From IMG/VR virus record IMGVR_UViG_3300013132_000019: a stretch of DNA of 64,000 nt; one strand, 5' to 3'. The notes beneath the pieces were generated by a model that worked only from the letters and a program-made list of their open reading frames with translations, had not been told where the DNA came from and searched no databases. Shown piece after piece: positions 10,329 to 19,693 of this stretch (the stretch's first letter is position 1; each line of letters starts with the position of its first letter). The stretch comes from a virus (taxonomy: Duplodnaviria > Heunggongvirae > Uroviricota > Caudoviricetes). The position numbers and the translations under genes are program-made.

Positions 10329-10849
10329 TCTAAAAGTTTCTCCAAATATACGAATAATTCTTGATATCTTTCAAGATATAATCGTTCTTTTACTTTCGGA
10401 TATTCTTTTTTGTACTTATTGAACATTGATGAGTTTGTTAATAGTGAATATTTAACATTAGCTATTATATCACACAACTTAACAAATACCGCCAATTCAT
10501 TTTCTTTAAGTTCGTTAAAGTATTTTTCTGAATGACGTTCATCACGATTCTTACCTTTTTCTTCAGTACAACAGTAGATTATATCAGCAACGCCATCACC
10601 AACCTTATGTTTAATATCGTTGTAGGTTACTCTGGCGTCTTCGATAAGGTCATGACCTATGGCACCGCAAAGCACCTTAATCTGTTCATCGCGATTAAAA
10701 CCAACTTCATTATAGAATTTTTTGACTTGGTTAACTACCAAATCTAGATGGAATGAATATGGATGAATGTCACCATATTTTTGGTTGCAAACAACGTCAT
10801 GTTGATTCACTGCAAACTCTCTAAATTTTTCAAAATCGTTATAGTTCAT
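10322..10849 (-). CDS. HD-domain hydrolase of RelA/SpoT type, a candidate small alarmone ((p)ppGpp) hydrolase (175 aa)
   Basis: HPYSFHLDLV...GAIGHDLIEDARVTYNDI matches the SpoT/Mesh1 HD signature (H...HD..ED). The size fits a stand-alone small alarmone hydrolase. Confidence 0.5.
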   Translation of the reverse strand: MNYNDFEKFREFAVNQHDVVCNQKYGDIHPYSFHLDLVVNQVKKFYNEVGFNRDEQIKVLCGAIGHDLIEDARVTYNDIKHKVGDGVADIIYCCTEEKGKNRDERHSEKYFNELKENELAVFVKLCDIIANVKYSLLTNSSMFNKYKKEYPKVKERLYLERYQELFVYLEKLLEC

Positions 10850-11228
10850 CGTTAACCCAACCTTTTTTTTGTAATTTAATTAAAAACTGTCTAAGTAATT
10901 GTCTATCCTCTGTTAAGTCAATTTCACCATCCAAATCATCAAACGCTAATGGCTCATTATTTATTATTCTGATGAACCAATTCTCGTTATCTGCTATGTG
11001 TATTACTTTGGAATCTTTCACTCTCTTGTTACAATACTGTAATGACGGCATTATTAATTCATCGTAATCGTTTTCCAATACCTCAAACTCAAACAAACAA
11101 TTATCGTTTTCAAAAGTACATTTTCTTGAAAATGTCAAATCTTCATCATTAATTAGTAATGGCTCATTTTTCTCTGTTTGGTCTTCTCTTACATACCAAA
11201 TACCATTAACTTGTATTCTATCTTCCAT
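10839..11228 (-). CDS. hypothetical protein (129 aa)
   Basis: ORF. Confidence 0.5.
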   Translation of the reverse strand: MEDRIQVNGIWYVREDQTEKNEPLLINDEDLTFSRKCTFENDNCLFEFEVLENDYDELIMPSLQYCNKRVKDSKVIHIADNENWFIRIINNEPLAFDDLDGEIDLTEDRQLLRQFLIKLQKKGWVNDEL

Positions 11229-11947
11229 TATTGTTTTGGTATTAAATTATTAAAATATTCTCGTTCTTGGGTAAAAACTGGTGGTGCTATACTAACCCAT
11301 CGACTTCTCGTTGACCCATTTTTATCGTAGTTTTCTTTAACGATTAATCGACCTCTTTTAAGTTTTGGGTCAAAATCATTCCAATTAACGCCCTTTTGAA
11401 AACACATTTCTTGCATTTGATTGGTGTTTTTACCATTAAGTTCTTTATGACTGTATAAAGATTGTGCAACTGACGAGATACTATTTCTAACAGTATCTTG
11501 TTGTCTCCAAATCATGTAATTCTCAACTTCAACTGCTGTCGGAATGGTAAATACGCGACTATCAAACATTGCCAATTTTTTTGGTCTAAGTTGGTTAAAC
11601 TTAGCTGTTGCCAAACTAGCTGAAATACTCGCCATTTTTTGAACATTACCATCAAACCAAGCTGAGGTTGTTAGTTCATTGAAGTCAGTTAAAAGAATTG
11701 AAATCTCATCACTTTGAACAAATGCAAATTTGGCACCTTGAATATTTTCACATAGGTACTTTGCGGTTTCATCCATATCATTCACCAATTTCCAATCAAA
11801 TGGTCTTTCAAGACCTCTAGTGTATGTGTGAAAAGCTTTTCCGTCAATGCGTATTATCGTATAAGTCCTTCTAGGTAGAAAGGTTCTTGTTCTATTCTCA
11901 TAGAATTCCTTCATACGGTCACCCAATGAATCTTTTTTATTTCCCAT
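11228..11947 (-). CDS. Thg1-like protein: tRNA-His guanylyltransferase family 3'-5' nucleotidyltransferase (239 aa)
   Basis: RIDGKAFHTYT and QSDEISILL align with the Thg1/TLP motifs RIDGRNFHKF and QSDEYSF. The length is right for a Thg1-like protein. Confidence 0.6.
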   Translation of the reverse strand: MGNKKDSLGDRMKEFYENRTRTFLPRRTYTIIRIDGKAFHTYTRGLERPFDWKLVNDMDETAKYLCENIQGAKFAFVQSDEISILLTDFNELTTSAWFDGNVQKMASISASLATAKFNQLRPKKLAMFDSRVFTIPTAVEVENYMIWRQQDTVRNSISSVAQSLYSHKELNGKNTNQMQEMCFQKGVNWNDFDPKLKRGRLIVKENYDKNGSTRSRWVSIAPPVFTQEREYFNNLIPKQ

Positions 11948-11973
11948 TATTGTTTTTTTTTTGGTTTATGATA

Positions 11974-11981
11974 CAAATATA
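11974..11981 (-). promoter_or_regulatory. -7 promoter box TATATTTG, 26 nt upstream of the Thg1-like ATG
   Basis: gatacaaatatatgaa on the plus strand, followed by an A-rich leader. Confidence 0.5.
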
Positions 11982-12002
11982 TGAATTATTAATGATATAA
12001 AC

Positions 12003-12036
12003 AAAAAAAGGTGAGAAATATTTCTCACCTTTTTAG
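12003..12036 (-). terminator. rho-independent terminator (AAAAAGGTGAGAAAT-ATTTCTCACCTTTTTTT)
   Basis: A 13-bp stem plus a T-run, read on the minus strand immediately after the stop of 12059..13453. Confidence 0.6.
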
Positions 12037-12058
12037 AATTACTAACTAACTATTTTGA

Positions 12059-13453
12059 TTATTTTGTTTTCGGAATCATTGTTTTTGCAAATTCCGCACC
12101 TAATAGGTCTGTTAGTATGCCGTTATTACCTTTACCACTTGAACCAGCAACATACACTTCAGGTAGATTAAGTTTTGCCAACTCAGCAGCAACACCGATT
12201 GCTGTTTCTTTTTGAATTTGGGCTTTTTCTTGTGGTGTAAGTCCAGCACTAACCAATCTAGCGTTCTGATACGATTCAGCATCGGCTTTAACTTTTTGTG
12301 CTTTAGCTTCAAGTTCGGCAGTCTTAAGAGCAATTTCAGCCAATTCACGTTTAGATTCCTCTTGCTTAACTTTGGTTTCAATTGCGATAAGTGTTTTAAC
12401 CTGCTCTCGTTCTTGTGCTACACGTTCAGCAGCTTTATCACGCTCACCTTCTGCAAGAATCTTTTGTTGTGCAATTTTTGCGGCTTCAACAGCTTCCATT
12501 TCAATTCTCTTCTGAGAGGCAATGTCTCTTTGTTTTTCAAGACGTTTTTGGAATGCTTCTTCAAGTACCAATTGGTCAACGATTACTTGTGAAACGATAA
12601 CGTTATTCTTGGTAATATCGTGTGGGATTCTTGTTGGAAATCCATCGGTACCGATTCGTTTTTCAACCTCATAGCGTGTTGATATTTCACGGATTTTTCG
12701 TTCACCATCTTCTTGAATACCAGTATTAACATATGTGGTATCAAAATATTCTTTCTTTTCAACTGAGAACCCACCATTCTTTAACTGGTCATCCAAAGTT
12801 TGTCTGAAATCTGATGCGGCACCAGAGATATAATCTTGGGCTGCAAACATATAGCCAGTATTAATTACTTGTTCACGAACTGTTGGCACCAATGTATTGT
12901 TAACAAAGTTCTGTGGGTGTCTGAACTCTTCAGCCAAAACCATAAAACTTTCTGGGTCTGAAGGTATTTGAACTCGTACAGATACCTTTACAGCAGCTTT
13001 TACTTGGTCAATAAATCTAATTGGAATACCACCTTTAATAATACCTTCAATACCCTCAGTTGGGTCACCTTCGTCAATAACTTTTACGTCAACGAATTTC
13101 TCCCATTCTTGAATCCTAGAAAATGGAATCTTGAATACATATCCAGATTTTGTTGTTACAGCACTCTTAGTACCGAATGGTGATACAACATAATACTGAT
13201 GGCCTGGTGTGGCATAGAATAAAAAGCTTGGTAATACAATAAGCAATGCGCCAACGCCTAATAGAATCGTTCTAGGTTTCTTTGTCCACATGGTTAAGAA
13301 TGTTGGTGATGCTGGTAGTTCTTCAGTGACATTATCACCCCATCGGTTTTTACCTTTTTTTGTTTCAGGTTGAAGTCTCAGTGTGGGATGCATCACTGAC
13401 ATCGCAATAGCGAACGCAACCATAATAAATCCCAAAATTGTTAATAGAATCAT
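12059..13453 (-). CDS. membrane-anchored protein with an SPFH/band-7-like region and a long C-terminal coiled coil (464 aa)
   Basis: N-terminal TM segment and a second hydrophobic segment, then an E/K/A/Q-rich heptad region (EAVEAAKIAQQKILAEGERDKAAER...). Confidence 0.45.
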   Translation of the reverse strand: MILLTILGFIMVAFAIAMSVMHPTLRLQPETKKGKNRWGDNVTEELPASPTFLTMWTKKPRTILLGVGALLIVLPSFLFYATPGHQYYVVSPFGTKSAVTTKSGYVFKIPFSRIQEWEKFVDVKVIDEGDPTEGIEGIIKGGIPIRFIDQVKAAVKVSVRVQIPSDPESFMVLAEEFRHPQNFVNNTLVPTVREQVINTGYMFAAQDYISGAASDFRQTLDDQLKNGGFSVEKKEYFDTTYVNTGIQEDGERKIREISTRYEVEKRIGTDGFPTRIPHDITKNNVIVSQVIVDQLVLEEAFQKRLEKQRDIASQKRIEMEAVEAAKIAQQKILAEGERDKAAERVAQEREQVKTLIAIETKVKQEESKRELAEIALKTAELEAKAQKVKADAESYQNARLVSAGLTPQEKAQIQKETAIGVAAELAKLNLPEVYVAGSSGKGNNGILTDLLGAEFAKTMIPKTK

Positions 13454-13527
13454 TTTTCTTTTTTTTTAGTTAATAATTAATTTTAGTTAGTAATTTATAT
13501 TTCGGATACAAATATATGAATTATATT

Positions 13528-13980
13528 TTAATCATCCAAGTTTTTTTCTTCTTTCACGTCAGAAGTTTCCAACCAGAAGTCAGTGAATTGTTCTTTAATC
13601 CAATCAGCCATATCATAATGCTGATTATATGACACGCTATGTGATGTGTCCCATTTTGTTTGATAAACATCACCAAAATCAGCCGTATCTATTGTTGGTG
13701 GGTTCAATGTTTTTTGTTCCCACTTAACCGCATGAATTGAATCAGAATTACGATGTTCAAAAAACGCAACATTCAATTGTCTGCTATAATCTTTAGACTT
13801 AAGTGATAAGACATAACCTTGTTCTCTACAGTTATGCCAACGAGCGACTTTGATTTCAGCGCGATAAACATGTCTTTCAGAATCCCAAGATTCTTCAATA
13901 TCAAACCAACTCAATAGAGCCAACACAGCTTTTGCTGATGGATGCGCACCATCATTCATGTAATCTTTAATTGTTACCAT
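13528..13980 (-). CDS. hypothetical protein (150 aa)
   Basis: ORF with a promoter box at 13509-13516. Confidence 0.5.
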   Translation of the reverse strand: MVTIKDYMNDGAHPSAKAVLALLSWFDIEESWDSERHVYRAEIKVARWHNCREQGYVLSLKSKDYSRQLNVAFFEHRNSDSIHAVKWEQKTLNPPTIDTADFGDVYQTKWDTSHSVSYNQHYDMADWIKEQFTDFWLETSDVKEEKNLDD

Positions 13981-13990
13981 TCTTTTTTAT

Positions 13991-14227
13991 TTATTGTTTT
14001 TTTTCTAAAATTAGTTTGATACCATCAAATATCTCATATTGATAAGCATCAGATGGATAAATTGACTGCTCATATTCAACTCTTTGAACATCTTCGATAT
14101 CGGTTATGGTATAGTCTCTTAATTCAGACTCAATACCGAATAGCAATGGTGCTATTGAATTTAATTTTTCAATAAGTTCTTGTTTTGTTAATTTAACCGT
14201 AGCAGTATGTCTTGTAGTTATTTTCAT
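13991..14227 (-). CDS. hypothetical protein (78 aa)
   Basis: ORF. Confidence 0.4.
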   Translation of the reverse strand: MKITTRHTATVKLTKQELIEKLNSIAPLLFGIESELRDYTITDIEDVQRVEYEQSIYPSDAYQYEIFDGIKLILEKKQ

Positions 14228-14249
14228 TTTTTCTTACAAATATAGTCAA

Positions 14250-14687
14250 TTAATCTAAACCATCAAAATCCATATCATAATTAACAATTTCAATATAATT
14301 ATCAATATTCAACTGATTTTGATTACATAAATCAATGATTTTTTGAATTAATGTTTCAATCTTAGCTTCAACACTGATTTTATTTTTGGTGTAGTCAATC
14401 AATTCAATTAGAATTGCTAAAACGTTTTCAATATTATCATCAGACTTTAGTTCTATGGATTCTTCAAATGTTGAATCTTCAGTTGTATCATATAATTGAA
14501 CTACAACATAACCTTCATTGTCAGTATCATCCGTTTCAATTTGTACCCAACATGCTTTGCTACCGACAAAGATTTCATAATTGATAGTATCGGTTTCGCC
14601 ACCATGAATAACATAATTAATCCGTTGGTTCTTTAACAGATTAACAATTTCTGATTCAACATTATTTGAAATTTCTCTACTTGTCAT
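14250..14687 (-). CDS. hypothetical acidic protein (145 aa)
   Basis: ORF with a promoter box at 14713-14720. Confidence 0.5.
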   Translation of the reverse strand: MTSREISNNVESEIVNLLKNQRINYVIHGGETDTINYEIFVGSKACWVQIETDDTDNEGYVVVQLYDTTEDSTFEESIELKSDDNIENVLAILIELIDYTKNKISVEAKIETLIQKIIDLCNQNQLNIDNYIEIVNYDMDFDGLD

Positions 14688-14737
14688 TTTACGTTTTTTT
14701 TAGTTTATGGTACAAATATACGAATTATTTTTCAAAC

Positions 14738-15052
14738 TCAGTTACAATCAATATGGAAATCCCAATAATAATCGGTATTCAACTTGCTTTTTGGGATTGT
14801 ATCACCAATTTCAACGCAAGAATATTCACCAAAATTAAAATATCCGTAATCTGAATCATTAAATGCTACCATATATCTAACCTTTCCACTCGCAAAAAAT
14901 GAACCTTCAGTTATTATTATTTCCTTATTGACAACAATAACAGTATCATATAATGTCCATGGGGTTTCATCGGCATTTTTTGGTGGCATATAACATGAGG
15001 ACAGACCTATTGAAATTAAAAACAAGCATATTAATATATTCTTCATAGTCAT
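14738..15052 (-). CDS. putative lipoprotein (104 aa)
   Basis: Signal peptide MTMKNILICLFLISIGLSSC with an LSSC lipobox. Confidence 0.5.
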   Translation of the reverse strand: MTMKNILICLFLISIGLSSCYMPPKNADETPWTLYDTVIVVNKEIIITEGSFFASGKVRYMVAFNDSDYGYFNFGEYSCVEIGDTIPKSKLNTDYYWDFHIDCN

Positions 15053-15053
15053 A

Positions 15054-15911
15054 TTATTTTTTAAAACCGATTTTTCGTTTACCGTAAGTGTGATTTTTCA
15101 GGTCCATTATTTTATCAAAACATTTATGTTTAATGACATCGATGGTTTGACCTTTAAGGTCTTGTACCATTGAATCAAGTTCATCTGCGGTAATAATGTC
15201 ACCAATTAGTTCCGTTATGATATTTTTAACGGCTGTTTCTTCTTGAATACCTTCAATATTAAACTTATATTTGAATCTTGATGGTCTATCTTTAATTGCG
15301 CTGGGGATTCGGTCAATATAGTTAGTGGTGCCCAGATAAATACAATTATTGATTGATAAACTACCATCCATAGCCATTTTCAGATATGACTCCTTACCGT
15401 TAAACGGGAAAATGCTATCCATTTCTTCAAAAATAACAATGAAAGGATTGTCTTGTATTGCTCTGACATCCATAACAAACTGCCAACATTTCTGAAGAAA
15501 TTCGTAATCGTTTATAAAAAAAACAATAGCTTCATGTTTTTCGATAGCATCACAATAATATCGCTTAAGGATTGTGCTTTTACCAGTACCTTCAATACCA
15601 TACAATAAGATACCGATTTTATGATAATAACCTAAAGATTCAATTCTATTTTTAATATCGTTATCAAAAAAGGCGTTGAACAATGCATCTAATTTATCAG
15701 CATCAGGGAAATCATGTTTTTTAATGGTTTCAGTATTTTTATCACATTTCACTAAAACACGACTATCTGGATAAGGTAGATAATTTATATGATAGACACC
15801 AGCATCCAATTTATTTGTTGTTTTAATTGTGTCTAAGTTATTGTAAGCAATTTCACCATCCTCCAAATAATTGAACGATTTTAGACCATAGGTATTGTTA
15901 TTTTGACGCAT
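15054..15911 (-). CDS. AAA-family ATPase (285 aa)
   Basis: Walker A GIEGTGKST, Walker B IVIFEEMD, sensor TTNYIDRIPSAIKDRPSRF. Confidence 0.65.
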   Translation of the reverse strand: MRQNNNTYGLKSFNYLEDGEIAYNNLDTIKTTNKLDAGVYHINYLPYPDSRVLVKCDKNTETIKKHDFPDADKLDALFNAFFDNDIKNRIESLGYYHKIGILLYGIEGTGKSTILKRYYCDAIEKHEAIVFFINDYEFLQKCWQFVMDVRAIQDNPFIVIFEEMDSIFPFNGKESYLKMAMDGSLSINNCIYLGTTNYIDRIPSAIKDRPSRFKYKFNIEGIQEETAVKNIITELIGDIITADELDSMVQDLKGQTIDVIKHKCFDKIMDLKNHTYGKRKIGFKK

Positions 15912-15925
15912 TTTAATTTATTTTT

Positions 15926-16345
15926 TTAATCATTTTCTTTATCATAAGGGTCGAAACCATTTATTTGGTAATAAATGTTTTGAAATTCATGTACATATTT
16001 TATTTTCTTAAGGAACCATGTTGAACCATCGTATTCACTATGGCTCATGACCCACCATGACTTACCATCTTTTTTAAACGCAAGTTCCCATGTACCATCT
16101 ATCCAATATTTAAATTCATCATTATAATGAAAACCAGCTTTTTTAAACCAGTCTTCAGTTAAAGTTATTGGTTCACAATCTCTAAGGAAAGTTCCTTTAT
16201 CGTCAATAATCCAGCCGCAATTTGTTTCTGGCTCAAGACATGCGTGATAAATATCAGTAACTGTTATTATCGAGCCGTCTACTGTTGATTTAATTAGATT
16301 TCCGATTCTAATTTCTTCTGGTCTAATATGCGAGTTCGGTACCAT
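15926..16345 (-). CDS. hypothetical protein (139 aa)
   Basis: ORF. Confidence 0.5.
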   Translation of the reverse strand: MVPNSHIRPEEIRIGNLIKSTVDGSIITVTDIYHACLEPETNCGWIIDDKGTFLRDCEPITLTEDWFKKAGFHYNDEFKYWIDGTWELAFKKDGKSWWVMSHSEYDGSTWFLKKIKYVHEFQNIYYQINGFDPYDKEND

Positions 16346-16551
16346 TATTTCTCATAAATTTTCATGATGCAGAATGTATCCCACGAATGGCAATATTCGT
16401 ATAACCATTTTTCAGAACAATTAATCATATATTCTTCAGCTTCTTCATAGGTTTCAAAACCTTCTTCTGGGTTTACGTGAGATTTGGTTATATTATGACT
16501 ACCAACATTGCCTGTTTGCCATAACTGCATGATGTAATACGCTGATTTCAT
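16345..16551 (-). CDS. hypothetical protein (68 aa)
   Basis: ORF. Confidence 0.4.
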   Translation of the reverse strand: MKSAYYIMQLWQTGNVGSHNITKSHVNPEEGFETYEEAEEYMINCSEKWLYEYCHSWDTFCIMKIYEK

Positions 16552-16623
16552 TTTTTTGTTATTTATTTATAATTTCGATAAATTTGTCAATTACCGAGAC
16601 CAATTTCTGAAATTGATTTTCTA

Positions 16624-16806
16624 TCATAATTCTAACAATTTTGATTCAATTTTAATATTTTCTATGAAGAAATGTTGTTCGTCATCTTCACCAAATATAA
16701 CAACCGATGACGGAATTATGTGACTATCAAGAGCTTTAAGCTCAATATCACTAAGTGGTTCATCGTCTGTCAAAACAGTAACTGTTAATATATATTGTTT
16801 TGTCAT
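16624..16806 (-). CDS. hypothetical protein (60 aa)
   Basis: ORF. Confidence 0.3.
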   Translation of the reverse strand: MTKQYILTVTVLTDDEPLSDIELKALDSHIIPSSVVIFGEDDEQHFFIENIKIESKLLEL

Positions 16807-17030
16807 GTATTATGAAAATTATCTATAGTATTCAAAAACTCTTTAACTGAACAGTGTTTCATATTGGTAATGTCAACGTTACTATCCGTATCATCTATAA
16901 TATGCGGAAAAGGAAACGCTGTGAATATACATAAATTACCTCTATTTCTTAAACGTATATAATTTCTTACGCTTAAATTACTTCTAAGCAACTTCCAGTC
17001 TTTCTTATTTTTTGGTGAGCAATAAATCAT
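16803..17030 (-). CDS. hypothetical protein (75 aa)
   Basis: ORF with an ATGA overlap. Confidence 0.35.
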   Translation of the reverse strand: MIYCSPKNKKDWKLLRSNLSVRNYIRLRNRGNLCIFTAFPFPHIIDDTDSNVDITNMKHCSVKEFLNTIDNFHNT

Positions 17031-17276
17031 TTATTTCTTTAGCTGACGTTCTAATTCACAAATCGCATTATATAGTTCTGTTTGGTCATTTGTACCTTCA
17101 AACCGCAAACTTACAACTTTTTCGGCAGAATTCCTAACCTCATAATGATTAATAGCTTTTTTAACAGCATTCCATATATCATGTGCATCACTTTCATTAC
17201 ATGAGAATCCCAAGTCGTTTGTCGCTTGATAGATGGCAGCTATCGCTGGATGAATTGTGTATGTTTCTTTTTCCAT
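17031..17276 (-). CDS. hypothetical protein (81 aa)
   Basis: ORF. Confidence 0.4.
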   Translation of the reverse strand: MEKETYTIHPAIAAIYQATNDLGFSCNESDAHDIWNAVKKAINHYEVRNSAEKVVSLRFEGTNDQTELYNAICELERQLKK

Positions 17277-17510
17277 TTAACTTTTAATATAATCGATTAA
17301 TGCATTATGTTCTGAAACAATTTGTTCTGCAAATTCTCTATCTATTGCACCAGCACTGACAATCTCATAGGTTTCTTTGTCGTTATGGTAATCATATTCA
17401 ATAGGTTCTTCTGGTACAATTATTCGGCACCAGCAGTCCTCACCTGTATGACAGGTATCGACTTTCCACCTAACTATTTTGGCTTTTTCTTTTGCTTCTT
17501 TGTATGTCAT
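17277..17510 (-). CDS. hypothetical protein (77 aa)
   Basis: ORF. Confidence 0.4.
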   Translation of the reverse strand: MTYKEAKEKAKIVRWKVDTCHTGEDCWCRIIVPEEPIEYDYHNDKETYEIVSAGAIDREFAEQIVSEHNALIDYIKS

Positions 17511-17653
17511 AGTTTGTCAAGTAACATTACAGCCAAACTAAACCACTCGTCAAAAAATAAAATTAATGGTACTATGCCAATAATTGTTGCAATAATGGTT
17601 AGTGTTGTGGCTAACCATGCAAGAAAACCTATAATTACCGCTAATTCTTTCAT
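17507..17653 (-). CDS. small hydrophobic membrane protein (48 aa, below the ORF-track cutoff): MKELAVIIGFLAWLATTLTIIATIIGIVPLILFFDEWFSLAVMLLDKL
   Basis: Translated by hand from the reverse complement. It fills an otherwise empty 174-bp gap. TATATTTG lies 4 nt upstream of the ATG, which implies a leaderless mRNA. Confidence 0.4.
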   Translation of the reverse strand: MKELAVIIGFLAWLATTLTIIATIIGIVPLILFFDEWFSLAVMLLDKL

Positions 17654-17684
17654 ATTGCAAATATACAAATTATTTTTTAAATAA

Positions 17685-17978
17685 TTACCATTGTTCAGCG
17701 GCCCTACGATAATTTTCTTCAGTTACCTTATCCAAATGTGCCGCAATATCATTTAAAGCATCCGCATCTTCTGGCCTTAAGATTATTTCAGAATACGCAC
17801 CGTAGTTACTTTGCCAACCAAAAATATATTTTATTGCATACCAAATCCTTTTGTGAAGTGGTTTGTTTTGTTCAACATAAACATTACAATAAACTTCGTT
17901 ATCATCAGAATCATAATTAAACGTGATAATATGATTCCCTGAGCTACATTGACAATTTAATAATTCTTTTTTAATCAT
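17685..17978 (-). CDS. hypothetical protein (97 aa)
   Basis: ORF. Confidence 0.45.
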   Translation of the reverse strand: MIKKELLNCQCSSGNHIITFNYDSDDNEVYCNVYVEQNKPLHKRIWYAIKYIFGWQSNYGAYSEIILRPEDADALNDIAAHLDKVTEENYRRAAEQW

Positions 17979-18300
17979 TTTTCAAAGATATGAAATTAAA
18001 GTTACCCTCCAAAATTTTTATATTATAACCGTGTTTCTCGGTATTTTTAATAAACCCATTTAAAACTGACGAACCATAACTGGTTGCACCGTAAGTTTCT
18101 TTGTGGCATTGATATATTGAACCAGATTCGCCATGAAAATAAAAGTTTGTGTCATCTTCTGTCACATCCACAATACCACTATTCATTTGCCAATAATCAC
18201 CACCTAAATAGCCACCATACCAACTACCAAAAACTTTATATAATATATTATTATTTTCTTGTGGTATACTAATAACGCACCATCGGTCAGGAGTTTCCAT
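17971..18300 (-). CDS. hypothetical protein (109 aa)
   Basis: ORF. Confidence 0.45.
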   Translation of the reverse strand: METPDRWCVISIPQENNNILYKVFGSWYGGYLGGDYWQMNSGIVDVTEDDTNFYFHGESGSIYQCHKETYGATSYGSSVLNGFIKNTEKHGYNIKILEGNFNFISLKND

Positions 18301-18305
18301 AGTAA

Positions 18306-18776
18306 TTAAAGGTTTAAATGTTTAATAGCGTTTTTTAGGTACATATCTATATTTTTTCTACCAACAGGATTCTGCGAATGTACAACAAATTCTGGCAACT
18401 TCAAATTATTTTCTTCACAATAATTCACCAACCATTTAGCACAATCTAAACCAGTTTCTTCAACGCCTAATTGCTCTGAAGAAAAACTTTCCCAATCATC
18501 AAAATCGATTTGATAATGGTCAGTTGACAAATCATGGTCAAAAGATATTAAATCTGGAAAATCATTATTTTTAATGTATTCCACAAATTCCAAATAAGAC
18601 CTAACTAAAATCCAATTATCCTCCAAATATAGATGTTTACTTTCATTTGGTACCAAATGAAAGGCACCAATAGGTTCACGTATATCATCTAAAAATAATT
18701 TCCTCATCGTTTTCGTTTGGTTTTTGGTTCGTGAGTCAAAATCATTGACAGTACGCCAGACGCTGTTATTGTACAT
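18306..18776 (-). CDS. hypothetical protein (156 aa; the start may be the internal Met at 18707)
   Basis: The long ORF overlaps its upstream neighbour by 73 nt. The internal MRKLFLDD start removes most of that overlap. Confidence 0.45.
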   Translation of the reverse strand: MYNNSVWRTVNDFDSRTKNQTKTMRKLFLDDIREPIGAFHLVPNESKHLYLEDNWILVRSYLEFVEYIKNNDFPDLISFDHDLSTDHYQIDFDDWESFSSEQLGVEETGLDCAKWLVNYCEENNLKLPEFVVHSQNPVGRKNIDMYLKNAIKHLNL

Positions 18777-19021
18777 CCAGTTATTACGCCAGCAAATCTA
18801 GCATCTTGTTTATATATTGGCATTGTTTGCCATCTACCATTGACCATTTGAAGTTCTGAAGCTGTGAAAACGGAACCGATTGTCAAAGCAACGCCACCAG
18901 TTGTGACAACTATTCCACTGGTCATAATATCTTTCTTAGTATCTTTATCCATGCTTTGAGCAAAAGCAAAAATTGGTAGTAAAAAAGATACTGTTAATAA
19001 TTTAATAATCTTTTGGCACAT
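18704..19021 (-). CDS. secreted or membrane protein with a signal peptide and a glycine-zipper segment (105 aa)
   Basis: MCQKIIKLLTVSFLLPIFAFAQS, then GIVVTTGGVALTIGSVF. Confidence 0.45.
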   Translation of the reverse strand: MCQKIIKLLTVSFLLPIFAFAQSMDKDTKKDIMTSGIVVTTGGVALTIGSVFTASELQMVNGRWQTMPIYKQDARFAGVITGCTITASGVLSMILTHEPKTKRKR

Positions 19022-19364
19022 ATTGTATATTTATTTTTTTGGTTATTAAACCTAATCGTTCAAAATGTGGTAGCATATCAGAATCTGGATTGTTAAATGG
19101 CTCTCGGTCCCGATAGTCATTCCACCAGTGAAACGCAACTCTGATTAAATCATCACCACAAAATATTTCGTCAACTGTATTGTATCTGGTGTGACAAAAT
19201 ATTTTGCCATTATCTTCAAACAAAGTTGCGGTACCAGACTTGCTGAAACCATTAAAAACAAAACCTAATTTGTTGTCTGACGTTAAATTAACGCCAGAAC
19301 AAGTTAAACCGTTCTCTAACAAGATGCTAACTAATTCAACAATATCTGTACATTTTTGGTTCAT
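19002..19364 (-). CDS. hypothetical protein (120 aa)
   Basis: ORF. Confidence 0.45.
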   Translation of the reverse strand: MNQKCTDIVELVSILLENGLTCSGVNLTSDNKLGFVFNGFSKSGTATLFEDNGKIFCHTRYNTVDEIFCGDDLIRVAFHWWNDYRDREPFNNPDSDMLPHFERLGLITKKINIQYVPKDY

Positions 19365-19693
19365 GTTGTTTCAATTTCAGTTTTTAATATTATAATTTCG
19401 TTTAAATTATATATTATGTTGTTCGTTGATTTGATATAAAAGTTTAACTTATAACCTCCCCATTTATGATTAACCGTGGGTTTATCGTATGTTGGTGGTT
19501 CAACCTTAACCGACACATCAGATAGATATTTATGGATGTTATAACCTGTTACAGCATCAAAATGTACTGTATGTTCAATATGAACATCTGATATTTCACC
19601 AATGGTTTCACCACCATATTTGGATTTGTATAGAAATTTTCTACCAACCAAATCACGCCTAAGTCCATATCTTATGTTTTCAAACCAATCCAT
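19361..19693 (-). CDS. hypothetical protein (start corrected to MDWFEN; the track extends to 19708 through the promoter box)
   Basis: The track's N-terminal MYICAM is the TATATTTG box read in frame. The box sits 4 nt before the ATG at 19693, which implies a leaderless mRNA. Confidence 0.45.
   Translation of the reverse strand: MDWFENIRYGLRRDLVGRKFLYKSKYGGETIGEISDVHIEHTVHFDAVTGYNIHKYLSDVSVKVEPPTYDKPTVNHKWGGYKLNFYIKSTNNIIYNLNEIIILKTEIETT

Noticed and set aside
12112-13183. Alternative-frame ORFs (12112..12381, 12212..12592, 12415..12600, 12583..12777, 12968..13183) inside the 464-aa membrane-protein gene.
   Set aside because: They overlap a long, well-formed ORF with a promoter and a terminator. 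Their low-complexity K/L/F-rich translations are typical of spurious frames in AT-rich DNA.
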